IMG/VR virus record: IMGVR_UViG_3300021399_000100
Direction: 5' to 3' (one strand)
From: a virus
Lineage: Duplodnaviria > Caudoviricetes
Length of the DNA: 64,000 nucleotides
A program made the position numbers and the translations under genes. Under the pieces are notes generated by a model that did not search any database, was not told the DNA's origin, and saw only the letters and a list, made by a program, of their open reading frames with translations. The first letter of the stretch is position 1. Every line of letters begins with the position of its first letter. Below are positions 16,292 to 26,372 of the stretch, one piece after another.

Positions 16292-19200
16292 TTAATCTTT
16301 ATTGTGTGAATAGAACGTACAATAGAAATCTTTTAGCTTCCAGTATGGAGCATTACATGCTTGAACTGCATCAAAGATGTATCTATCCATATACATAGAA
16401 ACAGCTTTAGGCATATCAATCTGACTCTTAGGTGAGTTTGAATCAGCTGACTCTATATTAGTAGGACAATAGTCCAAAGTGTTTTCTTTGTAGTACTGTA
16501 CATTACCACTTTCATCAGTTAACTTCAATTCGAGATAACCTACACCTTTAGGTCCTACTTTTACAGCTATTTCTACATCAACCCATTGATCTAATGGGAA
16601 ATAGATGTGAGGATTTGCTGGAATAACATAACCTTGTTCATTGTAATGCTCATCAGTAGAGTAATCAAGGTCACGAACTCCAAAATAAATTTCACCGTTT
16701 CTTCTCCATGAGATGTATGCTGTAAATGATTTACCACCATTATTTAAACTCAAAGCAGAAGGGAACTTAATCTCGGTCAATTGCCACCATGAAGATAGAT
16801 GATCATCCCATCTTGATTCAAGAGTAGCTATTGCAGCATCATGGAATGCTTTTGGTAAATACATCTTAAAGCTCTCGTGGAACTCGTCGCATTTTAAGTC
16901 GTAGATACTTCCTGGCAAATTAGTATTATCAAAGCTTGCATACTCCAAAGAGATTTCTGCCCTTTCGAGATTTTGATCAAGTGTTTTAACTATTTCGAAT
17001 TTACCGCAAGTGCCATCCCAACTCAAATACAAACTATCTCCAAGCTGGTCGTATGCTCTGTACCACAAACCGTACATATTAGAACGGAATGGAATAGAAC
17101 AAACTTGTTCGAGTCTTGATACAAGTTTATATTCAGCTTCTATTCTTGCAGGATAAGGTGCTGTAAATGAAGAACCTAGATGTACTAATCCTTGAGGCAA
17201 TGTAGTGAAATCATTAGTTTCAACTCCGTCAACATAAACCTTAACTGTATCATTAGTCAGGAAAGGATATGAGAATTGATACCAACCATCCGCATGTGCT
17301 ACATTGCATATTACGTTCTGCTCTCTGATTACCCGACTACCAGTAATAGGAACTAAAGATTCACGAAGAACATTGTCGGCATAATTTTCATCTACAACAT
17401 TAAGGTTTGCCGAAGACTCTGAATTAATCTCAATCTCAACAGGGGTCGTTGCAGCGTCAATCGCTGATTTTATACCCTTAGATTTCACAGGATTATCACT
17501 GCCTGCTGTAGGAGCATTGTCAAAAGTCAATGCAGATTGGTAACCTGTTAGATCAATATTGACAACTCCACTTGTAGGAGTTAAAGCTGCATTGTTGACT
17601 TTTACACCAGTAATACCAACATTCAGATCAGTAATCTCACTTGCTGTATGGGTATGAGAGGCATTAGCTTTCCCTGATAAAGCAGATGCAAGAGCATAAT
17701 CTTCAAGAGAAGAAGCTAATGCATAACCACTCAAATCAATGTTCGCAGTACCATTAGCATTTAAGACCGTCGTGCCATTTACTTTAACGTCTTTAACCTT
17801 TCCCAAGTCATCTGCATCGAAATCTGTAATCTCACTCAAAGTATGAGTATGTGATACATTTGCTTTGCCTGCGAGAGCTGTATATGTACCTCCAGAAGAT
17901 ACTGCATCAGTAGAACCTTGTGTAGGAGTTTCATCTATGCTGATATTACTTCCTCCACCTTGAGTAGTCACATTAAGCGTTACAGGAGTAGTTGCAGTAG
18001 CCAATTCTTGATCAGTAGCATAACCACTAAGGTCTGATGCTGTTACATAGCCAGCCGACTGTATTTCTGATTTGGTAGCAAAACCACTGGTATCTATATT
18101 AGCAACACCGTTGTTTACAACAGATTCGTTATTAACTGTGACGTCAGATACAGCTCCAAATTGGCTTGGATCCAAATCGGTAATATCTGATACAGTATGA
18201 GTATGACCTACATTAGATTTTCCTGCTAATGCAGTATATGTACCTCCTGACGACACTGCATTAGCAGAACCTGATGTAGGAGCTTCATCAATATCAATAT
18301 TGCTACCTCCGCCACCTTGAGTAGTAACATTAAGTGTTACAGGAGTAGTAGCCTGAGCTAATTCTGCATCAGTAACAAAATCACTTATGTCTGTTATATC
18401 TGCAGAAGTATGTTTATGCCCAACATCCGCCTTACCGCTAATGTCCTGATGTTCAGTCAGATAATTACCAATAGGCTGATATCTTTCATCTGCTTCAGTA
18501 ACAGTGAGGACACCTTCAGGAACTTCACTACCAGCAGAAACACTGCTCCATTCGGTGCCGTTATACCAACAAGGGTTATCTGTTGTAGTATTATACCAAG
18601 TAGCACCTTCGGCAACATCCCATTTAATACCGATATTCAACGAGGCAAGTCCTGCTAATTCATTTGATGTACCAGAACCAGACAGCAAGCTTAATTTACC
18701 GTTTTTGCCGAGACATACAAATGTAGCAGTGCCATCAACTAAGAATGCATTAAAGCTTGTTGGATAAGATGCAGGTTCCTCACTTCCTGTAGTACCATTA
18801 GAAACACAGTAATAAACATATTCAGAACCATTTACTGTCTTGGTAAAGTAATTATAGTTACCAAAATTGACAAAATGATTCATCCAGGTCATGTCATTAC
18901 AACTATAAGATTTGCTTGCCTCTCTTGGTGATGGAGCAAATAAAATACCACATCCACCCATATCTGTAACGGCAAAGACCATAGGTTTATTTCTATTATT
19001 CTCCCCTTGCAAGGTAGAATCCAGGTTCTTCTTAAAATCTAGATAGTACTTCTTACCAAGATGTGCATTAAACAAGATCTTCTCATTACCAGTAAGTTGA
19101 TCCAAAGAGCCCTTAAGGAACTTATACATAAAGCCCTTTTCAATATCAACACTAGCAGTTGCTTTAGGAAGCAAGGTGTAAATTCTGTCTACTAAGCCAT

Positions 19201-21703
19201 CTATATTCCATGTACTCTTTATACGAATAGCGAATCTTGTATCATTTTTAATTGATACATTTCTACGCATATCGAACGACGAGTTACCAAATCCTCCTAT
19301 CTGCATGCCAAGCCATCCGCTTCCCAAACATCTCTTGGTATTAGTTAAATCTGCAGTATAATCAGTTACAGAGAACTTAGTATCGCCACAGATATTGAAC
19401 AAACCGCTATTGTTCTTTGGGAAAGAGATACCAAAGTATGTATAGAAGTTCTGGTTATTCTTGTTGAAAGCTTCATTCAGAATTGGCTCCAGAGTATTAA
19501 GATTAATATCGAAATAATCTCTTGCAGAAGTATTCGAGATTATTCTCAATGGATTTCTCTCTCCTTCGAACGAAACATACTGCGTTCCATTCTGATGATC
19601 AAATGTTCTCTTGTAGTCAAGATAAGAATTTGGACCTACAACAGAACACTCAGACTCTTTAGTTGCATTAAATGTATTCTTAATAGTAGAAGGAGTGTTA
19701 TTGAAGAAGTTCTTCGACTGTACACACACATAATGTGTATAGCCTAAATCAGTATTATTCAGGTCGCCACACAGTATACAATGTGATGTAGTAATCAAAG
19801 GATGCTCGAAGCTATCATAAACGCCGTGGAATCTATTACCGATCAGTCTCAATACCAATCTACAGTTGTTCTCTGCAGTTTTGCCAGGAACATCTTCCGT
19901 ATAGAAGAAGTAAGCCTGCTCCCTGCCATTATTCTCTACATGGCAGTAAGAAACTTCAAGCTCAGAGAATGCCAAAGATTGACTTTCGCACCAGATGAAG
20001 TAATTACATTTTCTACCATAGTTCCACGCTACATTAGAGATCTTACCAATAACACCGCATTGGTCTCTGTAGGTATTGTTCATGTTACCAGGAACAGTAC
20101 TAAAACCAATCAGTGCTTTATAAGGTCTAGCTGGAGTTTCATTTGAACTTGGGCTTCCATCTTCATTTTGAGCGTGATCCGAGAATTGATACAAATCCTT
20201 ATATGACTTGTAGTAATCCGAAATGTTGTTGAATACCGCGGTTGTACTCATTACATTATTAAATGCTATACAAGCGGCACCTGGAACAACCATAATGTCT
20301 TCGAACGTAGACTTATTGATAACTACATTTGATATTATCTTTGTGTTATCCTCTTCCAGTTCATCCAAGTAAGCAGGAGAATCCACGCAGTTACCTCTAA
20401 TAGCAATCAACATCAATTCTCTGAATGACATACATCCTGGAGAATGTTGTCCGTGAGACTCAAACGAGATACATGCTCGAATTGAAGTTATACATAGCGA
20501 CGATATGTCAAATATAAATGAGTTTTCAATAATGATACCTTTATCCAAGAAAGCTAAACATGTTTTAGTTCTACCTACACCTTCCAGCTTACAGTTCTGG
20601 GTCCAATAGAACTCTTTGATTCTTTCTTTGAATGGATAAATTCTACGACCAAACTTAATAACCATTTGGTCACCATTGCGCTGAGTATTACCATATCTAT
20701 TGCTTATGGTGCCATAATATCTATCTCCTATAACACCTTCAACAATACATCTGATAATAGTATTATTTGTAGTAGAGACTCTATTTAACTTTTGGTAATA
20801 AGTACTTGCACTTTGTTCCCCTGCAAAAGGATTAACAGTAGTTTCCTCTCTTAAAGCAGCATACAATGATTTGTCATAATTAGATTTATGCTCATTATAA
20901 TACGTTTTCCAATTATCATAAGCAACAGAAGTAGGAACGTATTCATCATCTTTCAACTGGAATACTGTTCTACAGAAAGTAGTATAATCACTATCAGACC
21001 ATTCTTCGAACTGCCACCAATCAAAGTTTACAGTACCGCCCTTTTCAGCGAAGAAGGTAAGAGTTGTAGTAAAGCTTCGGTAGGCATTTACAAATACGAC
21101 GCTTGGGTCCTGCAACAACTGCAATCTACCATTAGTAATAGTATGGCCATTCAGGTCAATTTGAACGCCTGGATTAATAAGGAGTCTCTTTCCGTCCAGG
21201 TCGATGTCCTCAGTTAAAAGATAATGACCATTTGCTATCTGATACAAAGTGAAATTAGCATCGCCAGAACCAGGCATAAAGCCAATATAGTTCTCTGCTT
21301 CAAGAGAATCAATATAGTCCTGAGTGATTCTTACTCTATCATGATCAGCATAAGCTTTCGTAGCGTAAGTAGATAAATCAACTTCTCCACCTCCTCCTAA
21401 CTGAGCTTGTGCTATCTGCTCATTAACATAGGTTTCAGTAGCTAGTCCTGTTATAGATGGCACCGTTATATTTGCATTACCATTATTATCCACAACAGAA
21501 GAGCCATTTACTTTAACGTCTTTTACTGCATCATCACCACTGCCTTCATTGGCAACTAATTCATCAAGGGTGTCTTGTACACTTTGCTGTCTTACTTCAT
21601 CATAAACAGCAATAGCAGAGGTTAGCATCCCATCTTTAGTCTGAGGAAGAAGGTGGGAGCCAATTTTTATAGGGTTGGTTAAAGCCGATTCTGTAACTGC
21701 CAT
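16292..21703 (-). CDS. large tail fibre/spike (1803 aa) with probable beta-helix depolymerase region and HxH fibre repeats
   Basis: VKDVKVNG...ANI repeats; GHKHTSADITD/HTHTVSDITDL/SHTHTLSEITD repeats; LEGVGRTKT beta-helix entry motif. Confidence 0.75.
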   Translation of the reverse strand: MAVTESALTNPIKIGSHLLPQTKDGMLTSAIAVYDEVRQQSVQDTLDELVANEGSGDDAVKDVKVNGSSVVDNNGNANITVPSITGLATETYVNEQIAQAQLGGGGEVDLSTYATKAYADHDRVRITQDYIDSLEAENYIGFMPGSGDANFTLYQIANGHYLLTEDIDLDGKRLLINPGVQIDLNGHTITNGRLQLLQDPSVVFVNAYRSFTTTLTFFAEKGGTVNFDWWQFEEWSDSDYTTFCRTVFQLKDDEYVPTSVAYDNWKTYYNEHKSNYDKSLYAALREETTVNPFAGEQSASTYYQKLNRVSTTNNTIIRCIVEGVIGDRYYGTISNRYGNTQRNGDQMVIKFGRRIYPFKERIKEFYWTQNCKLEGVGRTKTCLAFLDKGIIIENSFIFDISSLCITSIRACISFESHGQHSPGCMSFRELMLIAIRGNCVDSPAYLDELEEDNTKIISNVVINKSTFEDIMVVPGAACIAFNNVMSTTAVFNNISDYYKSYKDLYQFSDHAQNEDGSPSSNETPARPYKALIGFSTVPGNMNNTYRDQCGVIGKISNVAWNYGRKCNYFIWCESQSLAFSELEVSYCHVENNGREQAYFFYTEDVPGKTAENNCRLVLRLIGNRFHGVYDSFEHPLITTSHCILCGDLNNTDLGYTHYVCVQSKNFFNNTPSTIKNTFNATKESECSVVGPNSYLDYKRTFDHQNGTQYVSFEGERNPLRIISNTSARDYFDINLNTLEPILNEAFNKNNQNFYTYFGISFPKNNSGLFNICGDTKFSVTDYTADLTNTKRCLGSGWLGMQIGGFGNSSFDMRRNVSIKNDTRFAIRIKSTWNIDGLVDRIYTLLPKATASVDIEKGFMYKFLKGSLDQLTGNEKILFNAHLGKKYYLDFKKNLDSTLQGENNRNKPMVFAVTDMGGCGILFAPSPREASKSYSCNDMTWMNHFVNFGNYNYFTKTVNGSEYVYYCVSNGTTGSEEPASYPTSFNAFLVDGTATFVCLGKNGKLSLLSGSGTSNELAGLASLNIGIKWDVAEGATWYNTTTDNPCWYNGTEWSSVSAGSEVPEGVLTVTEADERYQPIGNYLTEHQDISGKADVGHKHTSADITDISDFVTDAELAQATTPVTLNVTTQGGGGSNIDIDEAPTSGSANAVSSGGTYTALAGKSNVGHTHTVSDITDLDPSQFGAVSDVTVNNESVVNNGVANIDTSGFATKSEIQSAGYVTASDLSGYATDQELATATTPVTLNVTTQGGGSNISIDETPTQGSTDAVSSGGTYTALAGKANVSHTHTLSEITDFDADDLGKVKDVKVNGTTVLNANGTANIDLSGYALASSLEDYALASALSGKANASHTHTASEITDLNVGITGVKVNNAALTPTSGVVNIDLTGYQSALTFDNAPTAGSDNPVKSKGIKSAIDAATTPVEIEINSESSANLNVVDENYADNVLRESLVPITGSRVIREQNVICNVAHADGWYQFSYPFLTNDTVKVYVDGVETNDFTTLPQGLVHLGSSFTAPYPARIEAEYKLVSRLEQVCSIPFRSNMYGLWYRAYDQLGDSLYLSWDGTCGKFEIVKTLDQNLERAEISLEYASFDNTNLPGSIYDLKCDEFHESFKMYLPKAFHDAAIATLESRWDDHLSSWWQLTEIKFPSALSLNNGGKSFTAYISWRRNGEIYFGVRDLDYSTDEHYNEQGYVIPANPHIYFPLDQWVDVEIAVKVGPKGVGYLELKLTDESGNVQYYKENTLDYCPTNIESADSNSPKSQIDMPKAVSMYMDRYIFDAVQACNAPYWKLKDFYCTFYSHNKD

Positions 21704-21746
21704 ATTTAATTGATTCTGAAGTTTATATATTTAATTGATTAATTGA

Positions 21747-22679
21747 TTAATTGATTTTGAGATTAAACAGGAATTGCCCTGCACTTAATCTTTCACCCCA
21801 TCTATAAATACTGTAAGTACCGAGACCCGTCTCAGAAGGAGTGTACTTTGCAGTAGAAGACTCTAATGCGCTAAGGCCTACGATATTGTTGGCATCTCCC
21901 ATCGTTCTCGTATTAGGAATTGCAAACCACAAATAATCCTTAGTCATTGTAACAGGAGTATTACTTTCATCAATAGCATTTCTTCCAGTCTTTAAGTTAG
22001 TCCGTGTTCCGGAAATAAGATCCATAACAACCTGAGCAGGATCAGCTAAAGTTCCAGATGCATCTTCGAATACAAACCAAGGTTTAGAGAAACTAACCTT
22101 CTTCGAACTTCCTGTGGCCGTCCCAGTCTTGTCATCTGAGTTAGTTACTGAAGCTGTAATAGCACCAGAAGAAGCTGATGTTGCTGTAGGGTCTACTGTA
22201 ACTGTTTTAGTATATGTATTGCCACTCTTAGTCCATCCAGAAGTGCTTGATGTTACACTGCTGACGCTTACTGGCTGGCTTCCCGAATCATTGGATTTGG
22301 TAACAGAAAAGCTTGCAGTGAAGGTAATCTGAGTTGTAGCACTTGGTAAGCTCAAAGATGCTGGATTAGCAGCTATAGAACACGCATATCCGTATGTGTA
22401 GCTCAGCTTTCCTTCAAGATAAGCAATCATATCCGCTGTGATTCTTGGGTCTGAACCTGAAGTTTCTACATTAAGGTTGATGTTTCCGGTCTGGTCTATA
22501 CCCTGTTTTGTTCCGTCGTTTATAGACGCGGTTCTAGCATAACGAGAATCAGACTCTGCTTTTGTATATGCATCTATTGAAGATCCACTTCCTGCACCAG
22601 CATTTTGCGAATCAATATATTGCTTGATAGCCACAACAGTCTGGCGTAACTGATCGGCAGACGTGAATTTCTTCTTCAT
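21747..22679 (-). CDS. virion-associated protein (Ser/Thr-rich beta domain)
   Basis: AYTKAESDSRY motif; first gene of the fibre operon. Confidence 0.6.
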   Translation of the reverse strand: MKKKFTSADQLRQTVVAIKQYIDSQNAGAGSGSSIDAYTKAESDSRYARTASINDGTKQGIDQTGNINLNVETSGSDPRITADMIAYLEGKLSYTYGYACSIAANPASLSLPSATTQITFTASFSVTKSNDSGSQPVSVSSVTSSTSGWTKSGNTYTKTVTVDPTATSASSGAITASVTNSDDKTGTATGSSKKVSFSKPWFVFEDASGTLADPAQVVMDLISGTRTNLKTGRNAIDESNTPVTMTKDYLWFAIPNTRTMGDANNIVGLSALESSTAKYTPSETGLGTYSIYRWGERLSAGQFLFNLKIN

Positions 22680-22743
22680 ATCATATGTTCAAATATATTC
22701 TATATATTATTTACATATAACGCGAAGATATTCTTATGCTCTA

Positions 22744-23184
22744 TCAGAAATGGACAATTATTTTCTTATACAATCCGTCAGCACTCTTATAAACAATGTA
22801 TGGCTTCTTCCTCATATCATATGATATCTTGACACCTGCAGTTATCTCTCCACTTCCGTCTGTTGATATCACTGTAGCATCTATGATCGCCCTTCTATCA
22901 TCTTTATCTATCGGTGGATAGAGGTCTGACGTAGCAATTGCCTGCCATATAGGGCACGTGTTGTCTAGCTCACATTTAATAAAGCAGTTGCATCCGCATA
23001 CTCTGCAAGTATCATTTCTCCGAGCTTTGCACGCTTTGCATCTAGTTATTCTATCATATACTTTGTCAAAGCTTCTAGCTTCTCCACTCTCCATTGTGAG
23101 ATTATCTGCTATACTGTGGTATATTGCTTTTAGAAATTTCCATGCGGCTCTGGGAATTATAGCAATTGCTTCTTGAATTTTCAT
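22744..23184 (-). CDS. hypothetical protein with Cys cluster
   Basis: CKAC...CRVCGCNC..KC....CP. Confidence 0.7.
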   Translation of the reverse strand: MKIQEAIAIIPRAAWKFLKAIYHSIADNLTMESGEARSFDKVYDRITRCKACKARRNDTCRVCGCNCFIKCELDNTCPIWQAIATSDLYPPIDKDDRRAIIDATVISTDGSGEITAGVKISYDMRKKPYIVYKSADGLYKKIIVHF

Positions 23185-23221
23185 TTTAATGTTACATGTT
23201 ATGCGTTATTTACGACCGTGG

Positions 23222-23674
23222 TTACATTCCAACTACTTTCATAAATAGTTCATTGCTTGCTTTGCGAACTTGCTCCATCGATTTGACGATGTCGTTGCGA
23301 GTTTCCTCTACTTCATCTGACATATGCATAGACTTCTGCCATCTATGAATGAGTTCATCCATAGTCTTTGAAGTGTAATTTACTAGAGGCAACATGTCAC
23401 GTGCTTTCTCTTGTGCACGTACAAATTCTCTGTAATAATCTTGCATTGTGCGGATAACATCGTCTACATTATCAGTTACCTTGTCGCAGAAGGTTGCAGT
23501 TCTTCCGTCATTTAGATGGAAGAAATGCTTAATGACATATTGGCACGATGCATCGTCATAAAATACAGTAACACCTTCGGTGTGTTCTGAATTGTACACT
23601 GTGTACATCATATTATTATTAGCAGAGACGCTCATTCCTAAGGCCTCTGCTGTTGTGATCACTGTCTCATCCAT
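23222..23674 (-). CDS. hypothetical protein
   Basis: ORF track. Confidence 0.7.
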   Translation of the reverse strand: MDETVITTAEALGMSVSANNNMMYTVYNSEHTEGVTVFYDDASCQYVIKHFFHLNDGRTATFCDKVTDNVDDVIRTMQDYYREFVRAQEKARDMLPLVNYTSKTMDELIHRWQKSMHMSDEVEETRNDIVKSMEQVRKASNELFMKVVGM

Positions 23675-23858
23675 ACTGGTACAAATATTGTTGGTCTGGC
23701 TGACTCGCCAGCCATTATTTTTGAAATCAGTTCCTTTTCGGTGTGGCCGAAAAACCGTCTACCGTTGATTATGACCTCAACATCAATCATAGGTCTATCA
23801 AACTCTTGGCCTCCGATATTTGAACAGAGTACCTTTTTATGTTATTCGTCACTTTCAT
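23659..23858 (-). pseudogene. small ORF broken by a 1-nt frameshift in an A run
   Basis: Adding one A near 23834-23838 gives a 66-aa ORF MKVTNNIKKVLCSNIGGQEFDRPMIDVEV...WMRQ ending over the next gene start. Confidence 0.4.
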
Positions 23859-23988
23859 AACCCTGTGTTTTAATTATATCTTAAAGATACGCTAATTATT
23901 TCACATATCCACTCCTTATGCAACGAATTTTTTAATATACATGTGAAAATATATAGGATGTATCAACTATATACTAATAGAATCACTA

Positions 23989-25614
23989 CTATTCCTGAGA
24001 TGGAGTAGGGTCGTATTCTATATTTTTCCATTTTATACCAGTATACATTTCTGAAGGTATATGCCTAGTATATGGGTCGTTGTCACCTTCATAATATTTG
24101 ATCTTTCCGAACATATTGAAAAATATTACGTGCGACGTCAGATAATGATACTCATCCCGAATAGGCCAGTCATATAGGGTATATTCATAATTCTCCCTAG
24201 TAGGGACTTCTGTAGACGCATATATTTTATACTGCATGGTGATGCTGTTAGGTGAACCATCGTATGACTGAGGCCCTTCTGCACGGGTTCCTCCTTCTCT
24301 AAAAGAATTGCAGTAATCATTTTCATAGCCCCATGAGTTGTCGTATAGCATAGAAGATACTAACTCTGACGTACATATAACAGCATTGTTATTATGTACA
24401 ACGACATAAATGTCCATTCGATGCCCCATGCTTATTACTGCATGGATTCGGCTTGCTGCCTCTTCTGTAGCAGCATTTGCGTCAAGAACTTCTGATGAAC
24501 CATTGAAATAATGAACATTGCTGAACTCAACTCTAGGTTCATGGAACCCTCTAGAGTACATTATAAAGCAATCTGCTGATAAGTATTTATTACCATCCCA
24601 AAGCTGTATGTTGACCCAATCCCATCTAGTACCCTCCATCAGATATCTATACTCATTATTGATGCCTTCACTGTTACCAAACACACTGTTGTCAAATACA
24701 CTGCATACGTATACTCTATATCCTTCTGGGCACGATGAATCATCTACTTCTGGTCTGAATCCGACAGTTTCCGATTCAGCATCAATTACGCATCCGTTGC
24801 AACGTCGGTCAAGCCAGAAATCAGAAGAATAATACTCGTGCTCTATAGTATATGTATAATCATTGAGAGACATATTCTTCGATGTAGAATCCTCTTCTAT
24901 AAGGGCGAATTCATTAGGGAGAGCTCTTCCAGATGTGCTTATTGCTTTTTTATCATCGTCTCCGGTGATTATATGATATTTAGCAGGGTCACACGGAGTG
25001 AGCTTGCTAACATCTATCCAATGAGACATTCCTATATGATATATGTCAATATCAGGGCCGTTTACGTTCTTTGACATTATATTATATGTATTCATATATC
25101 TCAATGTCCTCACGTATGGCCCATAGACTGTTGTGAACAATCCTGCAGCCAGCATATAGTCGGTTACTTTAATATCATGGGTATACCCTAGACTGGTTGG
25201 GATAATATTTGACTGGGATAGATCTATGTATTCTTCCACTAAGCCACAATATGACAAATAATAATTATTAGACACATTATATGGCTTGCTCGGTGTATTA
25301 TATACAGTAGATCCAGATGATGAAGACACTAGCATGTGTGGTGTCCTGTCGGCTTCTGTGCTCACGCTAGATATACCGCTACATAGATAAAGTCTCAGGC
25401 ACTGAGACTCTCCTAGACTGCTCAGGCCTTTCCATGTAGTGCTAAACTTAGACGTCTCTGGATTATATATGCTATCATCTACAGCATATCTCATGCCTGC
25501 TGAGTATCCTGATGAAGGGATATCAATATCTAATGAAGAAGATATATAAGGGAACTCTATATCATCTTTAGCGTTCTGGTTTTCGAATATTCGTAATCTG
25601 TGGTATACTTCCAT
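23989..25614 (-). CDS. hypothetical protein
   Basis: Long ORF; likely start MEVYHR. Confidence 0.75.
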   Translation of the reverse strand: MEVYHRLRIFENQNAKDDIEFPYISSSLDIDIPSSGYSAGMRYAVDDSIYNPETSKFSTTWKGLSSLGESQCLRLYLCSGISSVSTEADRTPHMLVSSSSGSTVYNTPSKPYNVSNNYYLSYCGLVEEYIDLSQSNIIPTSLGYTHDIKVTDYMLAAGLFTTVYGPYVRTLRYMNTYNIMSKNVNGPDIDIYHIGMSHWIDVSKLTPCDPAKYHIITGDDDKKAISTSGRALPNEFALIEEDSTSKNMSLNDYTYTIEHEYYSSDFWLDRRCNGCVIDAESETVGFRPEVDDSSCPEGYRVYVCSVFDNSVFGNSEGINNEYRYLMEGTRWDWVNIQLWDGNKYLSADCFIMYSRGFHEPRVEFSNVHYFNGSSEVLDANAATEEAASRIHAVISMGHRMDIYVVVHNNNAVICTSELVSSMLYDNSWGYENDYCNSFREGGTRAEGPQSYDGSPNSITMQYKIYASTEVPTRENYEYTLYDWPIRDEYHYLTSHVIFFNMFGKIKYYEGDNDPYTRHIPSEMYTGIKWKNIEYDPTPSQE

Positions 25615-25705
25615 ATGGATAAGTATTATTCTTATGTCATATTTACGATAGTATACCCATAATCGAGCACAATCTACCAAATAATGTAAAAATTTCTACA
25701 AAAGA

Positions 25706-25737
25706 TTTGGCAAATATCAAAATAATTAGTATTTTTA
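25706..25737 (+). promoter_or_regulatory. Bacteroidota-type (-33/-7) early promoter
   Basis: TTTG-N20-TATTTTTA. Confidence 0.6.
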
Positions 25738-25787
25738 TATCATAAGAAAACGAGATAGTATTAACATTAAATTTTGGAGGACAGAAT

Positions 25788-26108
25788 ATGAAACCGATGG
25801 ATTTAGCACGAATAGCAGCGCACGAGTCAATCATGACGTTGATATTTATAAAGAAAGATGGCAGCATAAGAAAAGTGCTTGCTTCTAGGAGTAATTTAAT
25901 GTATGACGCAGCAAATGTAGCAGCAGGTCATACCTGGATGCACGAAGGCACTCCTTCAGGTTGCTTTTCTTTCGTAGATGTGAAAGAAAACAAATGGAAG
26001 AGGTTGACTATTGAAAATTTGATAGCAGTCAAAAGAGCAGATGGTACAGTATTTTGCACCACAAAGAAAGCTTTGAAAGCTGCTGAGAAGGTTGTAGGAA
26101 GAATCTGA
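25788..26108 (+). CDS. SH3 beta-barrel (WYL_2/DUF2693-like) protein
   Basis: FIKKDGSIRKVLASR...FVDVKENKWKRLTIENLI. Confidence 0.75.
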   Translation: MKPMDLARIAAHESIMTLIFIKKDGSIRKVLASRSNLMYDAANVAAGHTWMHEGTPSGCFSFVDVKENKWKRLTIENLIAVKRADGTVFCTTKKALKAAEKVVGRI

Positions 26109-26129
26109 TTCATTTTGATATATTATTTT

Positions 26130-26166
26130 AAAAGGCCGTATCTTGTTTATGAGATGCGGCCTTTTT
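26130..26166. terminator. bidirectional terminator
   Basis: AAAAGGCCGTATCT...AGATGCGGCCTTTTT. Confidence 0.8.
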
Positions 26167-26182
26167 ATGAGGGGTTACTTTG

Positions 26183-26368
26183 TTATTTTACCTTACATGA
26201 TGCTTCATGATAAGGAACTGTCTTGAATGGCACTTTTTGATATATATGCTTTTTGTCCACCAATTCAGCCCTAGACTTCTCTAATGATGTCTCAACATAC
26301 CAGTTGCCCCATAGAAGCATTGCTATCCCTGCTAAAATAAATAATACTGTCATATTTCTTGAATGCAC
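26183..26368 (-). CDS. small membrane protein
   Basis: One TM segment. Confidence 0.55.
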   Translation of the reverse strand: MHSRNMTVLFILAGIAMLLWGNWYVETSLEKSRAELVDKKHIYQKVPFKTVPYHEASCKVK

Positions 26369-26372
26369 TATA

